Source of the DNA: Mobula hypostoma
Lineage: Eukaryota
DNA length: 64,000 nucleotides
Assembly: GCF_963921235.1 (NCBI RefSeq)
Contig: NC_086108.1
Coordinates: 22,444,001-22,508,000 of the forward strand
Reading direction: 5' to 3'
The notes beneath the pieces were generated by a model. That model was not told the DNA's origin. It did no database searches and saw only the letters and a program-made list of their open reading frames with translations. Numbering within the stretch: position 1 is the stretch's first letter; every line of letters begins with the position of its first letter. A program made the translations under genes and the position numbers. Positions 62,291-64,000 of this stretch are shown piece by piece.

Positions 62291-64000
62291 AATAAATAGC
62301 CGGATAGTTCTGTTGTTGGGTCTTGTCCCAAAATGTCAACAATTACTTTATAATGACAGTGCTGTTCAGTCTGAATTCTTCCAGCAGTTTGATTTCTGAG
62401 CCAGAGAACTCTGTTTAAATGATGTTGGTGGAGGGATGGGTATTGCATGGGATACCAGGAGTAATTTTTGTTTCTGACACAACCTACAAGGGGCTAAGCA
62501 TAATTTCAGCTTCATGCCTTACCTGAAGAACTACATTTGCAGCAATGCAGCAGCCTCTCAGTACTGTACAGACTGTTTTCCTTTCAAGCTCAAGACCTGT
62601 TTGCTTTGGTGAATATAGTATCCAGTGGGTAAGGACTGACACAGTATCATGGGATAGATATATATGAGGAAATTTATTCAGTAAACTTCAGACCCTGCTT
62701 TAGGAAACCAACACTGTTCCTTCAACCCACCAACAGTATATTGCCTCATTACATTCAGATATTGCTTAAATTATTTTGGAGTTGTTCCACCTCTGTACCT
62801 GGAATTCCATGCATTAGTCACTCTGTGTTAAGAACCTCCTTTGTGGTCCCGTGTGGTCTTGTTCAGTGGTCATTTGTTTAATCACACATTTATACTGGAA
62901 ACTTACCCAGATGGCCTTTTTCCAAGTATATGCTTGATCAACAAAGCTCTGTAATTCCACAGAACTTCCATTTTCTTGCTCCAATACTGGCAGGCTGGCC
63001 TGACAGCACACATCTCCAACAACCTCCAGCATGTAATGGGCAGACACCTGATGTCATCTGATTTGACATTCTGAGTATGGATTGCATAGAGAATGTAGGA
63101 GAGTTTGGCAGCTAAAGTTTACATGCCCTATTACAGTCGGGTTTACCACATCTTCCCTTACATTATGATGAGATATGAGGTTCACTTCCTTGAAGAAGCC
63201 AGGAGCTAAACTTGATGCCTTTGTACTCTGTAGCCTCAACAACACGATATTCAAACCACAGCGTGTATGGCATCAAGGTCATTGCCCTAGTTTCCTCAGA
63301 AAAACATGAGACTATAGATGCTGAAATCTGGCGCAACACACAAAATACTGGAGGAACTCAGTGACTCAGGTAGCATCTATGGAGAGGGAATGGGTAGCAG
63401 ATGTTTTGGGTCAAGACCATTTCCTCCATTGATGGTGTCTGACCTGCCAAGGCTTTCCAGCATGCAATGTGTTCCTACAACTCCCTCGCATATTTTGAGA
63501 AATGAGACCAGGTTTTGGCTCTAAGATGCAAGCAACTCTCAGGGTCATATTAATACTATAAGGATGCTGAAATACAAGTTTTAGAACTTTCAATTTTCTC
63601 TAGCAATCCTGAATAAAATGTTTTTCAGCACTCTGTGATCCAACAAAGCACAGCACAGGAAAAACCCATTCTCCGCTTTGGGAAATTGATCCTCTTTGAT
63701 GCCTCATTTAGGCAAATTGTCCAATTAAAGTTATGCTACTCTATGGGAATACGTAGATACTTGAAAGAGATTTAATTTGTAACCACAAACTGCCTCCAGG
63801 TATTCTTAGAACTAATAAAATACTTTCTAAAGCATAGACATTTACAATAGGGCAACACACCAAGATCCCACAACGAGCAATAAGATAATGTGTGTTTTTT
63901 TTAGTGATGTGGGTTGACTGGTAATTATCGGGCGGGATACCAGATTTCTCTTCAATATGTGAGGGACTTTCACATCTGTATTACTTGGGAGAAAATAGTT

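Overview
Eukaryotic, vertebrate-type genomic DNA. The repeat set (CR1 LINEs with an esterase ORF1, V-SINEs, DeuSINE remnants, Penelope-like elements) suggests a cartilaginous fish, probably a ray; this is inference. I could not support any host protein-coding exon, rRNA, tRNA or CRISPR array, so the window reads as intron or intergenic DNA filled with nested transposable elements. It contains several CR1 LINEs (one with an uninterrupted 999-aa APE-RT ORF2), Rex1/Babar-like LINEs, Neptune-type Penelope-like elements (RT + GIY-YIG), two short RTE derivatives, three solo LTRs with TSDs, hAT-type MITEs, SINEs and a Sleeping Beauty-like Tc1 element. Most notable: (1) at least 8 copies of a minimal type-I hammerhead ribozyme in the Penelope tails, mostly damaged at CpG sites; (2) TSD-bounded palindromic Penelope insertions; (3) a Sleeping Beauty-like element with two right-hand IR/DR ends and a clean TA duplication; (4) a possible HDV-like pseudoknot exactly at the 5' end of the RTE derivatives; (5) a deeply nested TE stack at 47-56 kb; (6) a non-repeat island dense in homeodomain/SOX/TCF motifs that may be an enhancer. 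Boundaries not defined by TSDs are approximate. Family assignments come from motif recognition, not database searches.
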